From positions 3,968,001-4,032,000 of the forward strand of contig NW_025964361.1 of the NCBI RefSeq assembly GCF_023055435.1: a DNA stretch of 64,000 bases, in the 5' to 3' direction. How positions within the stretch are numbered: position 1 is the stretch's first letter; each line of letters begins with the position of its first letter. Below the pieces are notes generated by a model. That model worked only from the letters and a program-made list of their open reading frames with translations, searched no databases and had not been told where the DNA came from. Below, piece after piece: positions 13,635 to 25,424 of the stretch. The position numbers were made by a program, and so were the translations under genes. Source of the stretch: Haliotis rufescens. Its lineage: Eukaryota.

Positions 13635-15485
13635 ATTCTACCATGACTTAATTAAACGCGAACTCTTTGGTGATAGCAAATACACTGAGTAAAACAGCGT
13701 GGGTTTAGCCGAGCGCTTTGAGTGGGTTGTCGATAAAATTTTACGGAATCACCGACAAGCACTTTAAACAAAATATGGCGCACTATATGTCCAGCAGTTT
13801 GTTAACACAGTGATGTTTCACTCGAACTTATGAAAGTCACTGAAAGCATGTGACACGGCAACTTCGTAAGCTAACATGAGGTGGGAATCCCTAAAGAATA
13901 CTAAGCAAGTCTTGCAAAGGTCTCGTTCTATAACACGCGTCACTATTATGACGTCACATCGCCCATTGTGACGCAAATGATATCACGTCACAGTCGTATA
14001 TAGAAAAGCGCCAAATAGCAAGGTTTCTGTTGTCGATACTTGAAATACATTAGTTTCTCTTTGGAGATTTCAATAGTGCTTCCTGCACGATACGTATTGA
14101 CCTACATCTTTTGAATATTGTAGTAACCGCAAATTTACATTTTGTAGCCTATAATTGCACATATAATTATTTAAATATGCCTACCGACAATGACTGTGAA
14201 AGATGTTATTGCACTATTCTAAAAATATTGGCCTCCGCGGTGATGCGGCAGTCATGAGGGTGGGGTGGGGGAGGGGGCGTTATTGTGATTTGAAACCTCT
14301 GACTGACCAATCATACTCGAATATTGCCCAAATTCATGATAATATAATAACTAATAAGTTGGAATGGTTGTATGGTGTATCTCATTATATCATCCCCTAA
14401 ATGGGTGTATTTACTCATTTCCGTGAAAACCCTTAGAAACATTGTTTCAAATTTAAAGAGTATTACATTTTGATTGTGTAAAAGAAACATTGTTTCGTGT
14501 TTTAGAACAAAGCATACACTACATAAAAATACCATTACCCGTGTTTAACTGAACCTGCCCTATTAAACCTCAATCACTACCGATGTACTCGCTCCTAGCA
14601 TTGAACAGTGAGGCAGCTGTGAGTGGATGAGTGCGTGAGTATGTGTTTACGAAACCTTTAGCAATATTCATACAACATCACGAAAGGGAACCCTAAAAAA
14701 GAGATTAATACATTGTAACCTAAAGGGAATCATACGTCTTTCCTTCTGCCTGAGAGTAAACGCATTAACCGCTAGGCTACTTCAGCGCCCCTAGACTTGG
14801 ATTAAAATTTTTTGTATATGGTGTGCACATGTTTGCATACATATGACTGGTTTGTGTTTATATGACACTATCAACTTTTATACTGCATGTAGGGCTGTTT
14901 CGTGCTTATAGTCTGTGCATGCTATTATTTGACTGGGAGATCAAGATACACTCATCAACTCTATTCAGTAACAGTTTGGCTATCCAAATTAAAACATCTG
15001 TCCGATACGATTTTCAGATGACGACTGTTGCATTTTTCTCAAAGGAATCATTTCTCCGAAACTCTGTCATCTTATGACAGAAGCTTAAAAAATAGTTTTT
15101 GGATATGATATATTTTTAGCATTATCAAATCAATGTATTACTGTATTTACTAGAAATTGGATATAAGTATGTGTACATGTAGATTAATGAATAGATATGT
15201 GTTGTGATAAATGACAAAATATCTATTAGGATTATTAGTAGAAAATACATGACTCTTTATATGAATATATTTAAAAAGAAATTTCAATAAATAAACACGT
15301 GAGTTCAACATTGTTTTGGTTACCTTCAATCTGAACGTCTACAGAATCAGTACACCGTGGAATACACCGGTCAAAATAATCAAAATAAATGGGTATGTTA
15401 AATTCATTTTATTCATTTCATTATGTAAAGAACAAATCAATACAGTATAAAACAATCAAACATAAGGCATGACAAGCATAAGTCT

Positions 15486-16623
15486 CTAGTGGTAGTAATA
15501 GAGACTTGCTTTGCCGACGAATGACCCAGCAACTCCATGACCAACAAAGGGTCCACCGTGTCCATCAACACCGTATCCGACAACGAAAGGTCCATGTCCA
15601 GAAATGGTGCCAACATGTTCGTAAAGGCCCTGTCCAGTAACGAAAGGTCCGTGTCCAGCAACGAAAGGTCCGTGTCCTGCAAGACCAGCTCCATGTCCAA
15701 CAGCAAATTTGCCAACGCCTTTACCGTAGCCGTAGCCGTTGTAACCATAGTTATTGTTGTATGGGTTGTAGCCATTGCCTGTGCCAGCAACACCAACGTT
15801 GCCAACGCCTTTACCGTAACCGTATCCGTTATAGCCATAGTTGTTATATGGTTTGTAGCCATAGCCTCCACTAGCAATACGTCCATTGTTGAAACCTACG
15901 CCGTATGTACCAACTCCGGCGAGCCCTTTACCATAGAGAGGCACCTGGGCCAGGACAGAGCAGACCAGCGCGGATAACACAGTAATGACGACCTGAAAAC
16001 AGAACACTATTTGAATAACACGGTCATGAACATACAGAATATTCTTAACTCTTTGTCATTTGAAATTTGAAATAAAAATACGGGGATAACTATTTCACCG
16101 ATGTCCGAATGAATTCATGATAGATTGACAATATTGCCTTGGATGTAATTCTTATGGTTTTATTTGATTAAAGCATTCGAACGTGGGCATATATCATCAT
16201 TCAGAAAACATAAACATCAACTTTGTGAGAATCAAACAATAAAATATACATAATAAATAGGAATTCTATTAATTTCATATCGGGAAGCGTTCAAAAAGTT
16301 ATAGGCCACGCACTTAGTTTTGAGTATGCTCCTCGTCACTATTTTCTCATTGTTAAGGCCATGTGCCGTTTGAAGTTAATGTCCACCCATACATCACAGA
16401 TAAAGCTCAACCTTTCTTTTTCATTTTACATAATAGGTAATTTCATCAACCACAGTCGATTTGCAATATCCATAGTTGTATGTTGCAAGACGTTCTAAGG
16501 ACGATTGAAAATACATCTGTTCATGAAAAGGATGCCAAGGTTAGACGTGACATTTCAATGAGAAATAAAGTAAATATTTCACCACCAGAAGCTGGCATGG
16601 CTGTGTAGGTAGCTTACCGTCAT
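15486..16623 (-). CDS. Gene B: secreted Gly/His/Tyr-rich protein, join(16623..16618, 15992..15486), 170 aa, MTVVITVLSALVCSVLA/QVPLYGKG...GKASLYYYH
   Basis: ATGACG|GTAAGC exon 1; acceptor TCTGTTTTCAG before 15992; tandem paralog of A including intron, promoter and 3' flank; TATATA 16695-16700; AATAAA 15413-15408. Confidence 0.9.
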
Positions 16624-16693
16624 GATGAACAGACTTGAGAAGACGATACACAAGTGATTAGGTGATTGACGCTACCACTATGGTGTTGCCTGC

Positions 16694-16769
16694 ATATATA
16701 CTTACTTTCAACGGGGTCACGTGGTTGTTACCTACACAGCTAGACCGCTATTGGTGTACCACGTGACCC
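16694..16769 (-). promoter_or_regulatory. Gene B core promoter: TATA plus inverted E-box pair
   Basis: TATATA 16695-16700; GGTCACGTGGT 16715-16725 and ACCACGTGACC 16758-16768, 43-nt offset identical to gene A. Confidence 0.7.
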
Positions 16770-19700
16770 TATCATTTAACGGCTGTATGAAGAGTTGCGT
16801 AAATAACCATAAAATTGATCAATCGAAATTGACAAAACAATTAATTGAATGTAAGCAACACGAGGATACAGAAATAATAAAATAAGAATATGGAACAATG
16901 TTCTTGTTTTACCTTGATAAGATATTGATCTGGTTGTAAAAAAGTTTAATGTATCAATATTATAAATAGATATGTATTTGAGTTATTATCAGCATAACCT
17001 ATCACCATGTATTTATTTCATAAAACATTGTCACTTGACCATCACCAACTTCGGTAGTTAACAATTTTCGTAGAGTATCTACAAATGATAAAACATTTGC
17101 AAGCACAATTTTATCAATTTTTCAAATATTTTAAGACATTTGTTGTTATTTTTTAAACCGAATTTGATGTACGATTGTGGTAACTTTGTTGACTGTTGGA
17201 GAAGAACTTAACAACTACAAGAATTTCAGTAAACGACACACAACATATCTTAGCAAGAAGGAAGTGTCACAAATGAATCAATAACATATCAAAATATGAA
17301 TGCATTGGTGTTATCGGTAATGTTAATTGAATTGAGCCTAATATTATTTTCCCCATTAGGAGAATGGGACCTAACTGACTGGTTTGTTTGTTCATGGTAC
17401 ATTGATTTATGCAATGCAAGTAAAAGAATATTTTGTCTAATTGCAAACTTAGACGATTTTTTTTCTGATTTTATTGGACGTTTTCACAAAGTCAGTGTTT
17501 GTTTATACGTCTGTAGATGTAAGATGCGTTTTCAGCCAACCTAGGTCTGTCACATGACATTGAAGTTTAATCGAAATGGAAATAACACATTTTAAAAAAT
17601 CCCGTACACACAAGAATGAATGCAGTGGTGCTAAAAGTGATGTTGTGAATTTACATTTAATTTTCCACGAGATAAACTGTAACAGTACTGTCTTTGTTTG
17701 TTCAAATAGAAACGAAACTTTATAGAAGTTGTGAAGTACAGTATTCAGCCCTTGCTGAGATGATGTTAAACCTTTGAAAAAATACATATATTTTACTTAA
17801 AACAAATACAGACGTATCTTAAATGCCTTCATTAACGCTGATATAAATTACGTGGATTAGGATCATATAAAAAGTAATTTATATTAATTACCTTGATCAC
17901 AAACTGAAAAATACGTGAGTATTTTACGGCTACATCGATATGTTTAGATACAACTATTTGTGAACCTAAATTGTTTATTTTGTGTTTTTTAAACGCGTAT
18001 GTTAAAGCATGTTGAATATAACAAAGATAAATTCAAAGCTCCAGTGATGATTACAACTGATTTTCACGCAACACCTTGTTTATGATTAACTTAACTCAGG
18101 TTCACCTATTAACTCATTAATCGCCACTGACGCTGGTTTACGCATTCATGCATGCTTCTTGTCAATAGAATGATGGCTACCATAAATAATGAATACAATG
18201 AAGCGACCCTGACCCCTGCAGAGATTAGGGATACAGGGGATGAGGTGGATGCAATCATTATGGCAATCGTATTCACCGACGTACATAAAGAGTTAAATTT
18301 ATCCCCACAGGTGGCTAATGAGGCGTAGCGGCGTGCTTAAATGTTGCACCCGAATCGCAACAATTTAGATTAAACTAATACATTAAATATAAATATTATT
18401 ATTTCAAATATACTATGTGATAATCATTTTTATGAACTAAATTAAATTCTGAGGTGTTTTTGTCATTTCGCTACTTTTATTATGTTGACGATCTTAAGGT
18501 TAATATGCCATTTGTTGACTAGTTGGGTGTCAAGCTTCTTGTATATAAAGAAGGAAGTGAGAGATCACCAGTTTCATCGATACCCTCATCATCAATCGCA
18601 GTGTTACGTGACGTTATATGGACATCCAGAATGAGCGTTTTGATTAACAGCCAGCTGTGTAAATCCGAACTCTAGCTAGCTATAAGTAATCTAGGTAAAC
18701 CAGTGATTGGTATTGTGAGAAACGTTGAGCTACGATGATAACAGTGTCATCGAGCCTGAACACCTGATGAAATATTAAAAAAGTCGAAAATAAATCATTA
18801 AAATAGTTTTCGTACTTTAACCATCGATTTTACAAGATACACGTGCGAATTCTCGTTATATATCTTTAAACAAAGTTCTACTGCTTATGGTTTTAACTTT
18901 TAAAGAAAACGGCGAAACATTAACTACAGGGGACAATATGACGAAACATTTAGTGTTCCAAACATTTAAATAATATAACTCCTCAAAAGGACTATAGCAA
19001 CATACTAATAAGAGGATTTATCAAAAACGTATCACTCACACAACGCATTGCTAATGATTCATTACAATTCTGGGGATAGAGAAGCGAGGTACTCCACGCT
19101 CGTCACGCCAAAGACCCGAGTTCGATTCCCAAGATGGCTACATGAAACCCATTTCTTGTGTCCCCCGCAGTGATATTGCTGGAATATTGCTAATGGCATC
19201 AGACACGGAGGTGGTGTTGCAGGACAGGGAACAATTATGGGACAAGGAGTTGCTCGCTTTGATCTATAACGTCGCTCGACCTTATAATTTTTACTACAGG
19301 ACCATAGAGAATCAGGAAAGGTATAACCGTTCAAAATACACGCCCAATTCGGTGTTCAGAGTTGCGTCCCTTAGGCTTGCCAGGAAGCTATGATCATAGG
19401 TTTGTATAATATTTTCGCCATTATTATGTTTCTTGTTTTGTCTAGGTTTTTACCAAAGGTACACACGTCTAAAACCTGCATCACTTCGGACTTTCAAGTC
19501 TTGTTAAAACCGAAATTATGTTCAAAGTGGCATTTAGCCAAACTCACTCACCCAAAATACATGTCAAGTTTGCTTAATATATTATAGTTTAAAGTATTGA
19601 AGTTGGGATTAAGATGAACTGTAGAACATCATTTTATTCCAGCTGAATGGCTCATGAACGTGCATGTATCTGAAAGCTGACCGTCTACAGTACATTCACT

Positions 19701-19906
19701 GATCAAAACATCCTTGTTGTCATCTTTGTAGATATTTACGAAATACGAGCAAGTAATGTACATTAATATTGGGGCAAGTATGACAACTGGTTTGACAGAA
19801 TCCATTTTCAAAGCAGTACTTCCTTATATAGTGTTATAGAATTTAGCATTATTGTAATGTTTGTAGTGAAATACTCAGATGTCGGTTTATACAGAGTAAA
19901 ATATAC

Positions 19907-20065
19907 TGAGTGAGTGAGTATGATTTTACGCCGCTTTTAGCAAATAGTCCAGCAAAATCACGGCGGGGGACACCCTAAAATGGGCTTCATACATTGTACC
20001 AATGTGGGGAATCGAACCCGGGTCTTCGGCGTGACGAGCGAACGCTTTAACCACTAGGCTACCCA
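19907..20065 (-). mobile_element. SINE family 1 copy
   Basis: Reverse complement of the 25500-25665 consensus; further copies at ~415-575, 12820-12925, 14630-14790, 19095-19200, 23830-23985, 25988-26122, 46810-46960, 50255-50375, 62353-62450. Confidence 0.85.
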
Positions 20066-21112
20066 AGGGCCCCAGTAAAATATACATGATAATGAATATG
20101 TCTTGGCCATTGTGTGTTGTTGCTATGCTTCCAACAGACACATAAAATGTTGTTAATAACATTTTAAAGGAACGACACCTTACATAGCAGTTACGAAAAC
20201 ATACACACACCGATCAACGCATACATACACATAGGAATGTACATTAACGAACGCACACATACACACAATAAACATCAACTTATACGTACGTTTTTGCAGA
20301 TTTCATGTTGACCTCCAGAATACTTTTTATAACTTAGATTTACTCAGTGTTTGCATTATTTTCGCATACCTTTTCAACTACGCATTTGGGATTTGAGGGT
20401 TACTTTTCCAAAAAAGAAAATTTGATGTCACGACATATTGATTTTCTCAATTATTAATAGGATGTCGTCAATTTCAATTTTAACCAACTGTGTTATATCA
20501 CGCAAATCGTGTTCAGTTGAAAAACAGTTTACTCGCACGTTGAAGATGCTGCTGATTTAATAAAGTGTTTTCTTGTCCATGCGTATTTGGGTAAGGCAAG
20601 CGACATAGAATCGAGAGTTGTTTTCTTATGTTTGTGACTCTTTCATAATAATGCTGCTGATGATGATGATAACACTGCTACTATTTACAATAATGATGAT
20701 GATGATGATGATGATGTCATGGCGTGTCAGCTAAATGTGGGAGGTAAGCCCGAAGTGATGCAGGTCTCGGGCATTTACCACTTCGGTGAAACCCACGAGT
20801 TCGGCTATGGTGCTGACAAACCTAGAAACATAATCGGGGCGAACCAGGATTCGAACCAACAATCATAGGTTTCTGGCGTGCCCAAGGGACGCAACTCTGC
20901 ACAGCAAATTGCAGCGCTGTATAATGCCCCCTGTAATACTGAACAATAACAATAAACTGTTGTTACTTAATATATCATATGGTGTTTATTCGAACTCATA
21001 AACAGATGAACACAGTATAAAACACATTCACACACCAGTCTACACATGCATACGACTCTATCTAATGCAAAAAATGTACCGGCATAGCAACACCTTGTGC
21101 AATGAAAGCACG

Positions 21113-22718
21113 TTAATAAACTCCGTGGCCTGCAACTCCATGTCCGACGAAAGGTCCATGTCCAGCAATGAAACCACGATTTCCGTTAATTCCATTCCCC
21201 ACGAAAGGACCATGTCCAGCAACACCATGTCCACCAAAGGAACCAACATGGCCGACGAAAGGTCCATGTCCTACAAGACCAGATCCATGACCGCTGACGA
21301 AGTTACCAGGTGCACCCAATACCTTGCCGTAACCATAGTTGTTGTAGGGGTTGTAGCCGTAACCGTGTCCCTTACCAGCAACGCCGTGTCCAGCAACAAA
21401 AGGACCATTTCCTGCAAAGGAACCAACCCCTGAGAAAGTTCCGTGTCCTACCAGGCCAGCTCCATGTCCAGCGACATTGCCAACGCCTTTCCCGTATCCA
21501 TAGTTGTTGTAAGGGTTGTAACCGTAGCCGTAGCCATGTCCTGTACCAGCATTGCCGTGTCCTGCAACACCGTGACCAACAAGAGAAGGACCATGTCCTG
21601 TGAAGGAGCCAACGTGGCCGACGAAAGGTCCGTTTCCGACAAGACCAGCTCCGTGCCCATAACCATAGTTACTGTTGTATGGGTTGTAGCCATAGCCTTT
21701 ACCAGCAATGCCTCCATTGTTGAAGCCAACACCGAAAGATCCACCTCCAAGGAGTCCTTTACCACGGAGGGGTACCTGGGCCAGGCCAGAGCAGACCAGC
21801 ACGGACAACACAGCGACGACGCACTAAAATTATACAAAACTAAAGATTAAGAATAATTATGTTTACACTTTATGTGTCACATTCTTAAAACTTCAAGAAA
21901 TAATTTCATCTTAATCAGCATTCCTTTTCAGTATGAGCTTGTATTAAATAGTTATAAAAATATAAAAAGTTAATGTTCAAACATAATTTTCCAAATAGTT
22001 CCTGATGCGATATGTTTACATATTTGGCCAGGAAAGAGCGGATCTAGACCAGCACGGACAACACAGCGACGACGACATTTAAATACATTTTGTTTACTGT
22101 AATTGTACGTAAAGAGAAATAAAAAAAGAAAACATTTATATATATCTAGCTTTGTTTTGGGTGTCTTTGTTTGTCTTTATGACTGTTGCAACTCGTGGAT
22201 TGTTCATTAATAAACAAAATTACTTTTAGTAAACTGGAAGAATATATAAAAAAGAATAATTTCTTCATGAAAATTAAAGATATGAAGAAGTCGTTTTTAA
22301 TAACCTGAGTTACAGCTTTTCCATTCTATATGATATATTCAACCTGACTACATACCACCATACACATACTACACGAACATACAGCCAAGGCATCATAAAC
22401 AAACAAACCTAAAACGAACAATCTAGTTAATTAAAAAACCTGTGTTGTGATGTGTATGTGTACCAGATACACATAAAAAACAAGCTTCTGTTATAACGAA
22501 GTAAATCGTATAAACGTAAATGTACGTAATAGTCTCTCTCTCTCTTTTTCAAATTTGGGCCGAGAGAAAAATGTACTTCTCAAGAAAAGTATTCAATGGC
22601 AGAGAAAAGTTCGACTCGCAGCACACACCCATTCATTTCACAATGTCCATTCACAGTTAATGTCTCTGTGATGTTTACTAGGATGAGGCTAACGTGGACA
22701 ATGGCTGCTTACCTTCAT
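21113..22718 (-). CDS. Gene C: secreted Gly/His/Tyr-rich protein, join(22718..22713, 21823..21113), 238 aa, MKCVVAVLSVLVCSGLA/QVPLRGKG...GHGVAGHGVY
   Basis: ATGAAG|GTAAGC exon 1; acceptor ATAATTTTAG before 21823; 16 GHG tripeptides alternating with three YNPY blocks; no Asp/Glu in the mature chain; TATATA 22780-22785; AATAAA 20990-20985. Confidence 0.9.
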
Positions 22719-22778
22719 GACTGGGCGAGTAGGGGCGACAACAGAAGACTGATACCTCTTGCCCTCGTGTACGCCAAC

Positions 22779-22808
22779 ATATATACACCTTCAACATTGT
22801 CACGTGAT
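22779..22808 (-). promoter_or_regulatory. Gene C core promoter: TATA plus GTCACGTGA E-box
   Basis: TATATA 22780-22785, GTCACGTGA 22799-22807; alignable with the A/B promoter. Confidence 0.65.
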
Positions 22809-23179
22809 TGTTACCCACCAAGCGCGTTATGTCCCATGTAACCAGTATTAAACTTGTGATTGTAATTTTATAGTGTTGGCGTTAACGTGATTTTATCTGG
22901 CAATTGTTTTCATAATTGATCTATGAAACATGATTGGTACAAAGGCAACACAACCCGTTCCAAAATCAATTCTCTGCTAGGACAATATATACAATTGTTT
23001 CTACAGAGAACGTTTCAACAACATCTTTAAAGAACTGGAAAATATCAAATCCCAGAAAAAGCTTGCTCGAGTGACACGGTGCTTATTTCGAAAAAATAAG
23101 ATTAATTTTGGTTTAAATAATAACATATTGTGTTTCGTATTTGCTTCCTCATATTTACTGTTATACGGACGTACCACTT

Positions 23180-23680
23180 TTACACACACCCACACCTGCA
23201 CCCAATCTCAACCCACAGCTACACCCACACCCACACCCAAACCCACACCCACATCGAATCTCAACCCACACCCACACCCACACCCACATCGAATCTCAAC
23301 CCACACCCACACCCACACCCACACCCACACCCAATCTCAACACACACATACACCCACATCCAATCTCAACACGCACCCACACCCACACGCACACCCACAC
23401 CCACACCCACACCCAATCTCAACACACACATACACCCACATCCAATCTCAACACGCACCCACACCCACACCAAAACCAACACCAAATCTAAACCAGCACC
23501 CACACCCAAACTCACACCCACACCCACACCCACACCCACACCCACACCCACACCCACACCCACACCCACACGCAATCTCAACCCATACCTACACCCACAC
23601 CCAATCTCAACCAACACCCACACCCACATCCATTTCAACACACGCACACACACGCACACGCGCACGCACAACCACATACA
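23180..23680 (+). repeat. (CACACC)n-based degenerate micro/minisatellite
   Basis: Hexamer runs interspersed with AATCTCAAC; generates spurious PH/PT/TH ORFs. Confidence 0.95.
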
Positions 23681-24949
23681 TCTAACCGTGTCAATGGAGT
23701 TTCGTTGATGTGACAAATAGTCAATATAAAGTATTACTCATAAATGCAAAAAAAATTCAATGTTTGGAAGATGAACTCCAAACTTTGATACAAATTAAAG
23801 TATAAAGATCCGGTATACCCAATAATTTAGAGTGAATGAGTATGGTTTTACGCCGCTCTTAGCAATATTCCAGCAATATCACGGCGGAGTACACCAGAAA
23901 TGGGGGTCAGATATTGTAACCATGTGGAGAATCGAACCCGGGACTTCAGCGTGACGAGCCGACGCTTTAACCGCGAGGCCATCCCCCAGCCTAATGTCGA
24001 AGGGAAAGTAAAATATAATGAAGGTGTTACATTACACCAGAGCGAGTGAATTTGACTTAACGCCGCTTTGAACAGTATTTCAGTGTCACTTTTATGTTGG
24101 AGGAAAGCCCGAAGTGATGCAGATCTTAGACGTTTACCACTTTGGTGAAACACACGAACAAGCGCATGGTGCTGATGAACAAAATCAGGCGAACTTGGGA
24201 CTGGAACCAATGATGTTAGATTTCTGGCACATCAGCACAAAAAGAGGGAAAGTGTTGAATTCAATAGACGAGGATCCATCTTAATGTTTTTAACAAAGTT
24301 CATACAGTTTGTCAGATATTAGATTGTAGGCTTTAAGGTTTTATAAAATGAAATACTATTCGGAAGTACCTCTGCTACTTTTAAAACAAATATGGGATGT
24401 CACTCGTTTGTTCAAACGTCCATTATTTTACAGGAATAGGGAGCTGGTTGTCAATTACGTACATATGAAATTGAGGGAACAATTTTATTTATTTTCCGTT
24501 GTGATCATTAACACATTTCTCGTGCAGCTCGGAAGGGCGACTGAAAAATAACCTGACACATGAATTGTAATTAAAGATGCAGATTCCAATTTCTTTTGCC
24601 AAATAATTTCCCTTTTATCACACTGATATATAGTATTACATGAAGGTTCTGCTTTAAAAAGACACCAATCCGAAGAATTGCAGTTTTGTTGTTACTGTGG
24701 CCTGTTTTTTTCATTTGATGGTGGATATTTTGCCATCGATCTAATTTTCGCTTAAACACTTGCCCCTTCTATTTTGTTTGAAGTGGTACATGTACATGTC
24801 TGTGTATGTTTCTCTACATTCTCTATATCCGTCTAACGGTTTAAATGTACGATTTACCTTGTGAAAAAGGTTTTTATCCAAACAATATGTGCAGTTCAAT
24901 ATTGACTGTTGCAGACGCTTGTCATTCATGTGGGCAGCGGGCGATATAC

Positions 24950-25015
24950 CACCCCCGCCCCCCCCCCCCCCCCCCCCACACACCCCCCCCCCCCCCCCCC
25001 ACCCCCTTACCCCCT
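24950..25015 (+). repeat. Poly-C tracts (also poly-G 52376-52403 and poly-C/(CA)n 53585-53640)
   Basis: Direct reading. Confidence 0.9.
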
Positions 25016-25310
25016 CATAACTTTCAATCTTTAATCAAATTGAAGAGGTGCGTATCATGATCAATTGAAAGACGAAGAGGCTATCGCTCCAGCGATCTAA
25101 GACACCGACGAACATTAATATGTGTTTATGTCCTCCCAAGAGGCTAACGAGGCGAAGCGTTGGTATTAACTATAGAATCAAAACCACAATCCTTTCTGAA
25201 TTCTAAATAAATTAACATATATACGTTCTTACGTTTTCATTGTAATGGTGATGATATCCATTAGAACCATTTGGGGTTATTATCAGCTAAGCAGTCTCCT
25301 ACGTATGTAC

Positions 25311-25347
25311 TCATGTGACCCTACATGTAACCTGTACATGTATATAA
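25311..25347 (+). promoter_or_regulatory. Gene D core promoter: TCATGTGAC (M-box-type E-box) plus TATATAA
   Basis: TCATGTGAC 25311-25319, TATATAA 25341-25347, 84 nt before ATG. Confidence 0.6.
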
Positions 25348-25424
25348 GTAGGCATATCTCAGATGGAAACGTCACTCGCCTTGACGTCACCTCTCCAGTC
25401 AGCTTTTGTTCATCAGACAAGATC

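Noticed and set aside
23071-23716. Pro/His/Thr-rich ORFs of 116-204 aa
   Set aside because: Translations of a (CACACC)n repeat, open in several frames on both strands
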